Positions 12,201 through 24,081 of a stretch of 64,000 nucleotides of DNA are shown here, piece after piece. The notes beneath the pieces were generated by a model. The model did no database searches. It saw only the letters and a program-made list of their open reading frames with translations, and was not told the origin of the DNA. The position numbers and the translations under genes were made by a program. The DNA is from Heterodontus francisci (Eukaryota). Location of the stretch: the NCBI RefSeq assembly GCF_036365525.1, contig NC_090388.1, forward strand, positions 31,037,518 to 31,101,517. The letters are read 5' to 3'. The first letter of the stretch is position 1; each line of letters begins with the position of its first letter.

Positions 12201-15200
12201 ACATAAAAGGTTACTACACAAAATAAGGACTCATGGAGTAGGGGGTAACATATTAGCATGGATAGAGGATTGGTTAGCTAACAGGAAGTAGGGAGTAGGG
12301 ATAAATGGGTCATTTTCGGGTTGGCAAGCTGCTACTCGTGGAGTGCCACAAGGATCAGTGCTGGGTCTCAACTATTTACAATTGATATAAATGACTTGGA
12401 TGAAGGGATCAAATGAAGGTAGCTAAATTTGCTGATGACACAAAGGTAAGTAGGAAAGTAAGCTGTCAAGAGGTCACAAAGAGTCTACAAAGAGATATAG
12501 ATAGGTTAAGTGAGTGAGCAAAAATTTGACAGATGGAGTATAATGTGGGAAAATATGAACTTGTCCACTTTGGCAGCAAGAATAGAAATGCAGTATGTTA
12601 TTTGAATGGAGGGAGACTGCAGAACTCTATGGCGCCCCCTCCGCACAGTGCCCCCGCGTTGGCTGTGGTGGGGAAGAGACGGTCGCACACCTCCTCCTGG
12701 AATGTGCCTTTGCAAAGCAGGTGTGGAAAGAGATGCAGTGGTTTTTGTCAAGGTTCATCCCAAGCAGCTCTGTAACACAGGAGTCTGTGCTCTACGGGCT
12801 GTTCCCAGGGACGCACACCGAGACAAACATCAACTGCTGCTGGAGGACTATCAATTCGGTGAAAGACGCCCTTTGGTCTGCCCATAACTTGCTGGTCTTC
12901 CAGCGCAAAGAGTTGTCCACCACCGAATGTTGCAGAATGGCACATTCCAAGGTCCAGGACTACGTGCTGAGGGACGCACTAAAGCTTGGGGCAGCCGCAG
13001 CAAAGGCTCAATGGGGAAAGAGCAGAGTGTAAGGTTCCCCCACCAAGCTGGACTGAGGGGCTGGATTCATGGGAAACCCCTCGAACTGTATCGTTAATAT
13101 TCTCAATTGCTGTAAATGTAAAACTGTAATTGACATGACATTTGTGAAACGGAAGGGTTGGGAAGAAACTCATGACAGTATTGAAGGAAACTGATCTCCC
13201 TTGCAATGTTTGTATTTTTTGGTGCTGTTTGGAAACTGTTTGGCAATGTAATTTTTACAGATTTTTATGAATAAAGTATATTTTGGAAATAAAAAAAAAC
13301 TCTATGGTGCAGAGAAATCTGGGTGTCCTGGAGCATGAATCACAAAAGGTTAGTATGCCGGTCCAGGAAGTGACTAGGAAGACAAATGGAATGTTGCCGT
13401 TTATTGCAAGGGGAATAGAATATAAAAGTAAGGAAGATTTGCTACAGCTATACAAGGCCTTGGTGAGAACACATCTGGAGTACTGTATACACTTCTGGTC
13501 TACTTACTTAAAGGATATAACTGCACTAGAAGCAGTTCAGATAAGGTTCACTCGACTGATTCCTGGGATGAAGGAGTTGTCTTAGGAGGAAAGGCTGAGC
13601 CTATACCCATTAGAGTTTGGAAGAATCAAACATATAAAATCCTGAGGGGACTTGATAGAGTGGATGTTGAGAGATGTTTCCCCTTGTCTAGAACTAGGGG
13701 ACACAGTTTAAAAATTAGGGATACTGAGATGAGCAGAATTTTTTTTCTCTCAGAGGCTCGATCGTCTGTGGAATTCTCTTCCCCAGAGAGCAGTAGAGGC
13801 TAGGTCATTGAATATATTCAAAGCCGAGTTGGATAGACTTTTGATCAACAAGGGTTATGGGGAACAGACAGGAAAGTGGAGTTGAGGCCAGAGTCAGATT
13901 AGATCAGCCATCATCTTATTGAATGGTGGAGCAGGCTCGAGGGGCCGAATGGCCTACTCCTGCTCCTAATACAGTGTTCTGTATTGTGCCAAGCTTGCAC
14001 TTAAAATTGCAGAAGAGGAAAACCGTATCGTTGATGACACCATTATTAAAGTAAAAACATAAACAAAGCATTGTCAACAGCTTATTAACAATGGATTCTC
14101 ATTAGTGTTGCTCATTAGTCTGCAGCATGTTTCTGATTTTTAGCCACTAGCCTTGCCTCTCCATTTAAGGGCACCATAGAGTACCAGGAAATTATAAACT
14201 GATTGCAAGTTTCAAGTTCCAGGTCACTGATTGGATTTTACTCTCTTTTTAAAAACGATTTTGCGTTTGTAACATAATGGTATGTTTGGTATGTGGTGGA
14301 ATATGCTACATACAAGTGTTAAGTATATATATTTTTTAAATTGAACATATTAAAAAACTTGATTCGTGCCATTAAGTTTTATTTTTTTTTTTAAGAGATA
14401 CAGCACTGAAACAGGCCCTTCAGCCCACCGAGTCTGTGCCGCCCATCAACCACCCATTTGTACTAACCCTATACTAATTCCATATACCACATCCCCACCT
14501 GTCCCTATATTTCCCTACCACCTACCTATACTAGGGGCAATTTATAATGGCCAATTTACCTATCAACCTGCAAGTCTTTGGCATGTGGGATGAAACCAGA
14601 GCACCCGGGAGGAAACCCACGCAGACACAGGGAGAACTTGCAAACTCCACACAGGCAGTACCCAGAATTGAACCCGGGTCACTGGAGCTGTGAGGCTGCG
14701 GTGCTAACCACTGCGCCACTGTGCCGCCCTCAGAACAAAGAACAACCTTGCATCCAAGTTGATTAAGCTATGTGAAAAGTGAGTAGAGAATGTGACCATG
14801 TACAAGCATGGGAAAAAAATGAAATGGAGAAAATGGAAATGTTTAGGTCCTAAGAGGGACTTAATCTAATCATTTTCCATTACGAAATGAATACAATTTA
14901 TGAATATATAATACATAACTCCTCAGGAAAAGTATACGAAATGTTATTCTGAGTGATGTTTTCATAGCATACTTTCCCAAACCATATTCTGTTTGTGGTA
15001 AAACATTGAAACAATCAGAATGTTCACATCTACACGGTTGCATCGTCCTCATTTTCAAACAAAGTACCCATTACTTCGAAAAATATCTCCCATGTGATGG
15101 AAATCAAAATATGTTACATCTTCCTGCAAGTAAGATCTGAAAATTGAGAAAAAGACCTTACCAGCAGTAGCCACAGTACAAGCCTCCAGCAGGGTCTGTG

Positions 15201-18072
15201 GAGAAAACATTTTCAATATGTTATTAAATGTCTAATAATAGTTATCATTTGCAACTCTCCCCTCTGTATAAAAATACACAAGCCGAATGTGCTGATTCTG
15301 TATTTTATTTCATACAATTAAAAATGGAGCCCATCTTTCTGTATCAAATTTCAAAATGAATTTTGGGGAACAAGTTGTCTACTGACCAAGACAGGTTGAT
15401 TGATCTGAAATTCATCAGAATAGAGGGGCTTTCCACTAAGTGCAAACTGAATACAAATAGTCAAAGGATTAAGACACTTGTAACCCAGAATACACAGAAA
15501 CAGTATTCTACACAATAATTGCTACTATTACATCTTCAAATATCTGATCTCAGTGGCTGTTGAGCATAAAAAGTTGTCAGTTCTGGCAGTCAATAAGTAC
15601 TCCGCAACTGAACTGGATCAAAGATTTTTATCAGCTACAAACAATATCCCATTTGGAAGGTCTATTCATCTCCTATCAGACCTCGTAAGAAATAAGAAGT
15701 GGCTATTTTAACCCTACGAGGATGGATTCCGAAGCTATTGTTAAAGTATTATGCTGATTCAGTACCTTGCTGTGCCACATAGATTATGTGCATTAATTAG
15801 TTTGTAAATACATATGACTGCAATATCTGGGACCTAAAAAGTGACACTTTTTTCAGAGATAGGAGAATGTGGTGATATTCAGTGAACAATATACTGCAAT
15901 TAGGGGTCAATTTCTAAACTCAGACTTGTAAAGCTACAAGGATGTAGGTTTCAGTTCATAGGACACTCAAATTGCTTTTAGCCTTGAAGGCAAATGTGTT
16001 GGAGAAATAACCTGAACAGTCAACAGTTCAAAAAAAAGTGTGTAAAATCATTACATAAATTCATAAACATTTGGAGTTTCGTATAATGCAAACTTGAACA
16101 TTACTACAAACGTCTAAATTGTAAGTCAAATCTGTAAAACAATTAATCCTCAATATAATTCTCATAGTTCACTAGTTTTATGAATAGAAGCCAGGAAAAG
16201 CAAGATCTCATTTGGCATTTAAAAAAAAAATGAAAGTGGCTTAATCTTATAAAAATTAAAATCAAGATCCCAATTTTCTGTGAGAGTATTAAAAATATTT
16301 ACAGAAGACAAACAAAGAGCTACTGTTTATTCAATGACTCTATGAGAACATGTCCTGCTAGTGTAAGGCCAGTTTCTAGATCAAGCATTGTACAAATGAA
16401 CCTCACAATGAGAAAAACTGACTAGACAAACTATTTTTCATGGGACCAAGCATCTGATAAAACAAAGTCCTTAACAACAGCTTAACTAAATGATATGGAG
16501 TTAAAAAGTCTTCATATAACCTCAATCCAATGAATTTGTTGAGTACTTACAAAAGCAAACAGGAGATACAGGTTAATGGGATACTGATGTCTGTAGATCG
16601 CCAGAGCAATTATTAGACCCAGAGATCCCAAACATGCTACCAACACCAAGACGGGACTAGAATAGGAACAAGGCAATACATTAGAAGCACATATATAACA
16701 GAAAAAGTATTTATGTTTTTATTAAATTTGAAATTAATTCATTATATATCAGCAAGAGTATTTGCATTCTATTTTGCTATTAACTGGAATTGAATAGGCA
16801 TAAATTACTGTACCTTGAATGGTCACATCAAATCTCAACTTGGTCAAAACAAAAAAGAATTATGGGAATACATAAATTACATACCAATGGATTAGGTAAT
16901 GTTATATAACTAATGGTAGTTACCTTGCATGAACAACATCCTTGATTGCATCACTGTACATAAACACAGCAGACGTCACAGTAGTAAGAATAATCTGGAC
17001 AGACAAGATGCTGTACACCTTCCGCAGAAATCCTATCACAAGGAAAGAACTGACATTAAACAGATAGTATCAAGTGGCGACATTTATAAAACAAGGAACA
17101 TTATGTTTCTGGTAAGGTATCATACTTGTTATCCTCTCCAACTACAGCACTGTTTTCACCCTGTTTTCTTGCCATTAGTAGGTTAACATGTCCACATCTT
17201 CCCCACACCTCTTCCAATGCCTCCAGCTGACAAATTAATTATCACTCCCATGCCATCTTCCAGAATATTTGTTCATTCACAAAGAAGCCCCTTGCCATAA
17301 ACAACCTGTCACAAGCCCAATGACATCCTGATACTTACCAAAACATAGCTCACAGGTTGTGATTCTTACCTCAACTAAACGTCCCCACCTGGTCACATAT
17401 TTCACCATTTAGCCTGCCCAGGTGGTGTAGCCCTCATCAATCACACCTTGGCCTTGTGAAGCATCATGGGATTTTAAAAAATATGTTAAAAGGACTGTAT
17501 CATAGAAGCAATTGAAATACTTCGAATAGTAAGACTTCACTAAATATAATTGAGGGTTCCTGCAATACCCCTGTGAGTTGAACCTACCCATTGCTTTAAA
17601 AACTGGAATCCCACCCTACTCCTATTTCAGACAGATAATATGTGCTTGTGTTATGATTTTCAGGGCTGGACAAGTTTTACGATTCTGAAGTACAGGATCT
17701 CAAACATGAAGCAGCCTAGGGAATTACAGGACTCAACCATACCCCTCTCACCAACAACTCCCCCTCCTCTCTGTCTCTCCCTCGCACCATCTCGCACATC
17801 CTTACCGTCTGCTCCATCACACCTCTCACCCTCTCCCACTACCCACCCACTATCTCTATCACCCTCTCCTGCCGGCCACTCCCTTCACTGGATCAGCTGC
17901 TGCGCCATGGTCGTAATGCCGGCCCTGGGAGCGCCTGGCGCCACCCTCACAGTCTATAATATTTGATTTGTATTTCTGCCCTCTCACCCATGCGGATATG
18001 GAGACTAGCAGACGCCACATTGGAGCCATAGTTGAAGTCATCCTCAATAGACGATCGGGGATAAGAATCCAT
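6046..18072 (-). CDS. TMBIM4: TMBIM4 / Golgi anti-apoptotic protein (Bax inhibitor-1 family), complete 7-exon CDS
   Basis: complement join(17988..18072,16924..17032,16551..16656,15162..15195,9308..9425,7061..7106,6046..6252). All introns are GT-AG with compatible phases; 705 nt = 234 aa + stop. Recognisable TMBIM4 motifs: [39 protein letters not shown]-terminal KK. Confidence 0.97.
7061..7106 (-). CDS. TMBIM4: TMBIM4 exon 6 ([15 protein letters not shown])
   Basis: CTTTAG acceptor, GTAAGT donor, 46 nt. Confidence 0.95.
7850..8878 (+). mobile_element. LTR-like repeat in TMBIM4 intron 5
   Basis: Ends ...GACTGTAACA with LTR U5-like composition; 5' boundary not resolved. Confidence 0.35.
9308..9425 (-). 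CDS. TMBIM4: TMBIM4 exon 5 ([38 protein letters not shown])
   Basis: TTTTAG acceptor, GTATGT donor, 118 nt. Confidence 0.95.
9866..9980 (+). mobile_element. 3' tail fragment of the tRNA-headed LINE/SINE family
   Basis: Near-identical to 23239-23357 (CAGCGGTTCAAGAAGGCAGCTCACCACCACCTTCTCAAGGGCAATT...TGAATGAATAAAAAA). Confidence 0.9.
11112..11500 (+). mobile_element. tRNA-derived SINE sharing both 5' region and 3' tail with the LINE at 20282/45229
   Basis: B box GGTTCAAATCC at 11180-11190. The middle matches 20285-20388 and 45229-45508; the tail matches about 23279-23345. Confidence 0.88.
11790..13975 (+). mobile_element. CR1-clade LINE (RT to 3' tail) interrupted by a Tx1-like insertion
   Basis: [41 protein letters not shown]; tail GGGCCGAATGGCCTACTCCTGCTCCT. 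Confidence 0.93.
12633..13297 (+). mobile_element. 5'-truncated Tx1/L1-group non-LTR retrotransposon (C-terminal CCHC zinc knuckle, 3'UTR, polyA)
   Basis: [19 protein letters not shown]...W; stop at 13032; AATAAA at 13270; A tail; 10-bp TSD AACTCTATGG at 12623-12632 and 13298-13307. Confidence 0.9.
14384..14729 (-). mobile_element. HE1-like V-SINE (tRNA head, V domain, CR1-type tail)
   Basis: GGGCGGCACAGTGGCGCAGTGGTTAGCACC head, GGGTTCAATTC B box, GTGGAGTTTGCA..GTCTGCGTGGGTTTCC V-core; three more copies in the window. Confidence 0.9.
15162..15195 (-). CDS. TMBIM4: TMBIM4 exon 4 ([11 protein letters not shown])
   Basis: TTTTCTCCACAG acceptor, GTAAGG donor, 34 nt. Confidence 0.93.
16551..16656 (-). 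CDS. TMBIM4: TMBIM4 exon 3 ([35 protein letters not shown])
   Basis: TAG acceptor, GTAAGT donor, 106 nt. Confidence 0.95.
16924..17032 (-). CDS. TMBIM4: TMBIM4 exon 2 ([35 protein letters not shown])
   Basis: TAG acceptor, GTAACT donor, 109 nt. Confidence 0.95.
17740..17890 (+). repeat. CT-rich low-complexity tract in TMBIM4 intron 1
   Basis: Degenerate CTCTC/CACC repeats. Confidence 0.7.
17988..18072 (-). CDS. TMBIM4: TMBIM4 coding exon 1 ([28 protein letters not shown])
   Basis: ATG at 18072, donor GTGAGA, 85 nt, phase 1. Confidence 0.95.
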
Positions 18073-18089
18073 TGCTCCCCAAATTGGTA

Positions 18090-18160
18090 AACACCAAATC
18101 CCACAGCCTCGCGAGACTCCAAACAAACACTTCCGGGGCGGCCGTGGTGACCTTTACTGA
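18090..18160 (-). promoter_or_regulatory. TMBIM4 proximal promoter / 5'UTR, housekeeping-type motif cluster
   Basis: CpG-rich stretch upstream of the ATG. It contains ETS CCGGAAGT (18129-18136, minus), a GC box GGGGCGG, CTCGCGAGA (about 18108-18116) and TGACCTT (18148-18154). Confidence 0.6.
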
Positions 18161-18249
18161 CACAATCCGATCCCATAACAGCTGGAGCTTGTTTATTCGA
18201 GTGACTGTCCCCAAGAAGTGAAATTAGACAAAAGTCGGCCAAACAAGGA

Positions 18250-19020
18250 AATGTTTGAAATCATTTAGTCAAAGAGGTGGTTTTAAAAGGAGGATCTTAA
18301 ACGACGAGAGGGAGGTGGAGGAGATATGGGAAGGAATTCCAGAAAGAGGGATTTGCAGGGCAGCTGAAGATATCCATGTTAGTAATGGGGGGAAGGATAA
18401 GGGGGAAATGCACGAGAGCTTAGAGTGGGGAGAGTTGTAGGATTGGAGGGGGTTGCAGAGATAGGGGGGAGCAAGGCCATGAAGCGATTGAGAATTTTAA
18501 ATTTGGGGTGTTGGGGGCCCATACAGATCAGCAACCACAGGGGTGATGGATGAGCAGGTACTTGGTGTGGTATAGGGTATGGTCGAGATAGTTTTAAATG
18601 GGCTGCAGCTTACAGAGCTTGGTGAATAGGAGACCAGTCACAAGTGCATTGGAATAGATGACAGAGGGTTTCAGCAACAAATGGCTAGAGGCAGGCGTGC
18701 AATCCTATGGAAATTAGGAAAGGATGGGGACAAGGACTAAACCCTCAGGGTCTCCAGAAGTAACAGTGTGGAAGTGAAATGGTGCTCTTGCTAGAATTTA
18801 AATAGGTAAGATAGGAAGCAATTAAAAGCAGCTCTGCTGAGATGGATAATGGAGAATAGACATTGGAGGAGAATGGTGTGGTCAACTGTCAAAGGTTGCT
18901 GAGAGGACGAGGAGGTAAAATGCACCATGATCACAGTCACATAGGATGTTATTTCTGACTTGATTATGGTCATTTCAGTACTGATGAATGTATTGGAAAT
19001 CTGATTGGAGAGATTCAAAC
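18250..19020 (-). mobile_element. Degraded L2-type LINE fragments
   Basis: Minus-strand translation TVDHTILLQCL...FLSYL, resembling the RT region. Confidence 0.6.
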
Positions 19021-19215
19021 ATTGAGTCCAATCCGTTACTGATCCGAGTCCAACGCAACTCTAATCTATTTCAGTCCAACTCAACTGCACTTCTGCTCAT
19101 TCCAATTAACTTGCATAAATTGATTTTCTCTTCAACCCAGAGTAACCTAACCCAGTTCAACTCCAATTCAATCTAATTTAACCTCGTCCCACTGCAGTCC
19201 AATCCAGACTATGTT
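19020..19215 (+). repeat. Degenerate pentamer-like low-complexity repeat (TCCAA/CTCAA), resuming at about 23628-23785
   Basis: Recurring TCCAAT/TCAACT/CTAATC units on both sides of a block of nested insertions. Confidence 0.5.
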
Positions 19216-19662
19216 AGCCCAGTACATCTCCATTCAAGATGAAGCTAAACAAGTTTTTCTCCACTTCAATCCAATCCATGCTGATTTACCTATTGTTATG
19301 AAAACTGGACTTTGTAGTATGATTATGTTTTTGAAGCTGTGATCTTTAATGCAGTAAAATGGATAGTCGGAGGAGACATGTGAACTCACACCAATTCTGC
19401 CCAGAGACAAGCCAGGGATATTGGTTACCATGAACACAAGGAAGCCAGATCAAAGATCCTTTTGAAAGCAGTTGCAAGGTTGTAACACCTAAAGGACAAT
19501 GAGTTTCGCTCTCCCAGACTCATAGACTGTAAACAGGGAGCCAAGGCTCTGAAATGCAAATCCGAGTTGCAATTATTAACACCTGGAAACAAAGGAAGGC
19601 CCAGGTAGTTTTTCTATGGTCACACTTATGGACTATGAGAATTGTAAAAGGCAAAAGGTGCT

Positions 19663-19994
19663 GGGCGGCACACTAGTTAGCCTCACAGCTCCAGGGACCT
19701 GGGTTCGATTCTGGGTACTGCCTGTGCGGAGTTTGCAAGTTCACCCTGTGACCGCATGGGTTTTCGCCGGGTGCTCTGGTTTCCTCCCACAGCCAAAGAC
19801 TTGCAGGTTGATAGGTAAATTGGCCATTATAAATTGCCCCTAGTATAAGTAGGTGGTAGGGGGATATAGGGAAGGTGGGGATGTGGTAGGAATATGGGAT
19901 TAGTGTAGGATTAGTATAAATGGGTGGTTGATGGTCGGCACAGACTCGGTGGGCCGAAGGACCTGTTTCAGTGCCGTATCTCTAAATAAATAAA
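19663..19994 (+). mobile_element. HE1-like V-SINE
   Basis: Same family as 14384-14729; (TAAA)n tail. Confidence 0.9.
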
Positions 19995-20281
19995 TGACTA
20001 TTAACTTTATGATCTGGATAAATTCAACTGGCTTTCCAAGTCAGCAGGCTGAAAGGAAGGCAGGCAAGCAGACCTGCACAGCCTAAACAGAGAGAGAGAA
20101 AAAACAGCTGCTAAGAATTGAACCTAATTCGAAAGTTGAGATTTGCAGAGGAGAAAAGACCAACAGGGTCACCAGCAATTGCCTTATTAACAGAAGTCCA
20201 GGTTGAATGTGCTTGGAGGAAGTGAGCGAAGAGGACATTGGCTTTGAGAAGGACTGGGAGATCCAACCCATTGCAACTTGG

Positions 20282-23200
20282 AGGAGTCTGCTGTCCTTAC
20301 CTGGTCTGGCCTACATGTGACTCCAGACCCACAGCAATGTGGTTAACTCTTACATGCCCTCTGAAATGGCCTAGCAAGCCACTCAGTTGTACCTAACCGC
20401 TACGAAGTCAATAAAAAGGAATGAAACCAGACGGACCACCTGGCATCAACCTAGGCACCGGAAACAACAACGGCAAACCCAGCCCTGTCAACCCTGCAAA
20501 GGCCCCCATCTGGGGGCTTGTGCCAAAGTTGGGAGAGCTGTCCCACAGACTAATCAAGAAACAACCTGACATAGTCATACTCACGGAATCATACCTTACA
20601 CACAATGTCCCAGACACTGCAATCACTATCCCTGGGTATGTCCTGTCCCACCGGCAGGACACACCTAGCAGAGGTGGCGGGACAGTGGTCTACAGTAGGG
20701 AGGGAGTTGCCCTGGGAGTCCTCAACATCAATTCCAGACCCCATGAAGTCTCATGGCATCAAGTCAAACATGGGCAAGGCAACCTCCTACTGATTACCAC
20801 CTACCACCCTCCCTTAGCTGATGAGTCAGTACTCCTCCATGTTGAACACCACTTGGAGGAAGGACTGAGGATGGCAAGGGCACAAAATGTACTCTGGGTG
20901 GGGGACTTCAATGTCCATCACCAAGAGTGGCTCGGTAGCACCATTACTGACCGAGCTGGCCGAGTACTAAAGGACATAGCTGCTAGACTGGGTCTGCGGC
21001 AGGTGGTGGGGGAACCAACATGAGAGAGAAACATACTTGACCTTGTCCTCACCAATCTGCCTGCTGCAGATGCTTCTGTCCATGACTGTATGATAGGAGT
21101 AACCACCGCACAGTCCTTGTGGAGACGAAGTCCAGCCTTCACATTGAGGATACCCTCCATCGTGTTGTGTGGCACTATCACCGTGCTAAATGGGATAGAT
21201 TTCGAACAGATCTAGCAAAGCAAAACTGGGCATCCATGAAGCGCTGTGGATCATCAGCAGCAGCAGAATTGTACTCAACCACAATCTGTAACCTCATGGC
21301 CCGGAATATCCACCATTCTACCATTACCATCAAGCCAGGAGACCAACTCTGGTTCAATGAAGAGTGCAGGAGGGCATGCCAGGAGCAGCACCAGGCATAC
21401 CTCAAAATGAGGTGTCAACCTGGTGAAGCTACAACCCAGGACTACTTGCATGCCAAACTGCATAAGCAGCATGCAATAGGCAGAGCTAAGTGATCCCATA
21501 ACCAATGGATCAGATCTAAGCTCTGCAGTCCTGCCACATCCAGTCATGAATGGTGGTGGACAATTAAACAACTAACTGGAGGAGGTGGCTCCACAAATAT
21601 CCCCATCCTCAATGATGGGGGAGCCCAGCACATCAGTACGAAAGATAAGGCAGAAGCATTTGCAGCAATCTTCAGCCAGAAGTGCCGAGTCGATGATCCA
21701 TCTTGGCCCCCTCCTGAAGTTCCCAGCATTACAGATGCCAGACTTTAGCCAATTCGATTCACGGCGCGTGATATCAAGAAACGACTGAAGGCACTGGATA
21801 TTGCAAAGGTTATGGGTCCTGACAATATTCCGGCAATAGTACTGAAGACCTGTGCTCCAGAACTTTCCGCACCCCTAGCCAAGCTGTTCCAGTATAGCTG
21901 CAACACTGGCATCTACCCGGTGATGTGGAAAATTGCCCAGGTAAGTCCCGTACACAAAAAGCAGGACAAGTCCAACCTGGCCAATTACCGCCCCATCAGT
22001 TGACTCTCAATCATCAGTAAAGTAATGGAAGGTGTCATCAACAGTGCCATCAAGCAGCACTTGCTTAGCAATAACCTGCTCAGTGATGCTCAGTTTGGAT
22101 TCTGCCAGGGCCACTCAGCTACTGACCTCATTACAGCCTTGGTTCAAACATGGATAAAAGAGCTGAACTCAAGAGGTGAGGTGAGAGTGACTGCCCTTGA
22201 CATCAAGGTAGCACTTGACCGAGTATGGCATCAAGGAGCCCTAGCAAAATGGAGTCAATGGGAATCAGGGGGAAAACTCTCTGCTGGCTGGAGTCATACC
22301 TAGTGCAAAGGAAGATGGCTGTGGTTGTTGGAGGACAATCATCTGATCCAGGACATCACTGCAGGAGTTCCTCAGGGTCGTGTCCTAGGCCCAACATGCT
22401 TCAGCTGCTTCATCAATGCCCTTCCTTCAATCATAAGGTCAGAAGTGGGGATGTTGGCTGATGATTGCACAATGTTCAGCACCATTCGCAACTCCTCAAA
22501 TACTGAAGCAGTCTGTGTAGAAATGCAGCAAGACCTGGACAATATCCAGGCTTGGGCTGATAAGTGGCAAGTAACATTTGCGCCACACAAGTGCCAGGCA
22601 ATGACCATCTCCAACAAGAGAGAATCTTACCATCTCACCTTGACATTCAAATGGCATTACCATCGCTGAATTCCCCACTATCAATATCCTAGGGGCTACC
22701 ATTGACCAGAAACTGAACTGGAGTAGCCATATAAATACCGTGGCTACAAGAGCAGGTCAGAGGCTAGGAATCCTGCGGCGAGTAACTCACCTCCTGACTC
22801 CCCAAAGCCTGTCCACCATCTACAAGGCACAAATCAGGAGTGTGATGGAATACTCTCCACTTGCCTGAATGGGTGCAGCTCCAACAACACTCGAGAAGCT
22901 CGACACCATCCAGAACAAAGCAGCCCACTTGATTGGCACACCATGCACGAACATTCACTCCCTCCACCACAGATGCACAGTGGCAGCAGTGTGTACCATC
23001 TACAAGATGCACTGCAGCAGCGCACCACGGCTCCTTAGACAGCACCTTCCAAACCCATGACCTCTACCACCTCGAAGGACAAGAGCAGCAGATGCAATGG
23101 GAACATCACCACCTGCAAGTTCCCCTCCAAGTCACACACCATCCTGACTTGGAACTATATCGCCGTTCCTTCACTGTCGCTGGGTCAAAATTCTGGAACT

Positions 23201-23357
23201 CCCTTCCTAACAACACTGTGGGTGTACCTACCTCACATGGACTGCAGCGGTTCAAGAAGGCAGCTCACCACCACCTTCTCAAGGGCAATTATGGATGGGC
23301 AATAAATGCTGGCATAGCCACTGACGCCCACATCCCATGAATGAATATTAAAAAAAA
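20282..23357 (+). mobile_element. Near-full-length single-ORF CR1/L2-group LINE (APE endonuclease + RT), few disablements
   Basis: APE: PDIVILTES, VGDFNVHH, LDLVLT. RT: GPDNIP, NYRPIS, QFGF, ALDIKVALDRVWH, GVPQG, ADD. A tail present. The 5' end is shared with the SINE at 11112. Confidence 0.93.
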
Positions 23358-24081
23358 GTTTGGGATACTGCAAGGATACTTTTTAGTTGAGAAGACGGTG
23401 TAACATATAAATGTGAGGTTTAGAAATGTGTTAATTGGTTAATGGGAAATATCTTTCTCTGACATTTAGTGTATTAGCTCCCTACTAACTACTGTTTAGT
23501 TAATGTTGATTTTGAGTTTAGTTATAGTAAAAGTCTTAAAATGTGAAATCTTGTATAATTCTTTAATCAGTCTGGGGAGTTCATATCTCTTGTTTTAAAG
23601 TTAATGGTCTCTACTGAGGTTGTAACACTATTCTCAATCCACACCGATCTAAATCTGACCAGATGGGTCTAACTATTCTGTTCTGGTTCAATCACAGTCC
23701 AGTTAATTGAGACTAGTCGAAACCAATACAATAAAAAGCTGGCAGTCTATTTCTCTCTGATCTAACTCAATACAAGTCAAATCAAAAGAAAGGCTTGCAC
23801 TTACATAGTGCCTTTCATAAACTCCAGTCAAAAAGAAACAAACAGATTTGCTCTACTGAAGGCTTCATCTGAGAAACATTGGCTCAGATTTTGTGGTCAG
23901 CGGCAAATCAGTAGCACTCGTCAATCGTTACACTTGCCCACAGACCTTTTGGCTTTTTGCTCTGCAATTTGCTGTAATCAGAGTCAAAACAGCATTCTGT
24001 CCTCTACAGAGGATCTGGGATCTCTGCATGAACAGTGTGTCTTAACCAACCAGATTGAAGAATCCTGACAGAGACACACGG

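Noticed and set aside
14650-14729. tRNA-like sequences at SINE heads (also 11112, 19663, 29790, 41983, 45229)
   Set aside because: They run into SINE bodies and tails and I could not form a complete cloverleaf; not tRNA genes.
17859-18242. 127-aa ORF over TMBIM4 exon 1
   Set aside because: Different frame from the conserved TMBIM4 peptide; no recognisable product.
20817-20830. CTGATGA matches within LINE ORFs (also about 33676)
   Set aside because: No stem II or downstream GAAA core; these are coding-sequence coincidences, not hammerheads.
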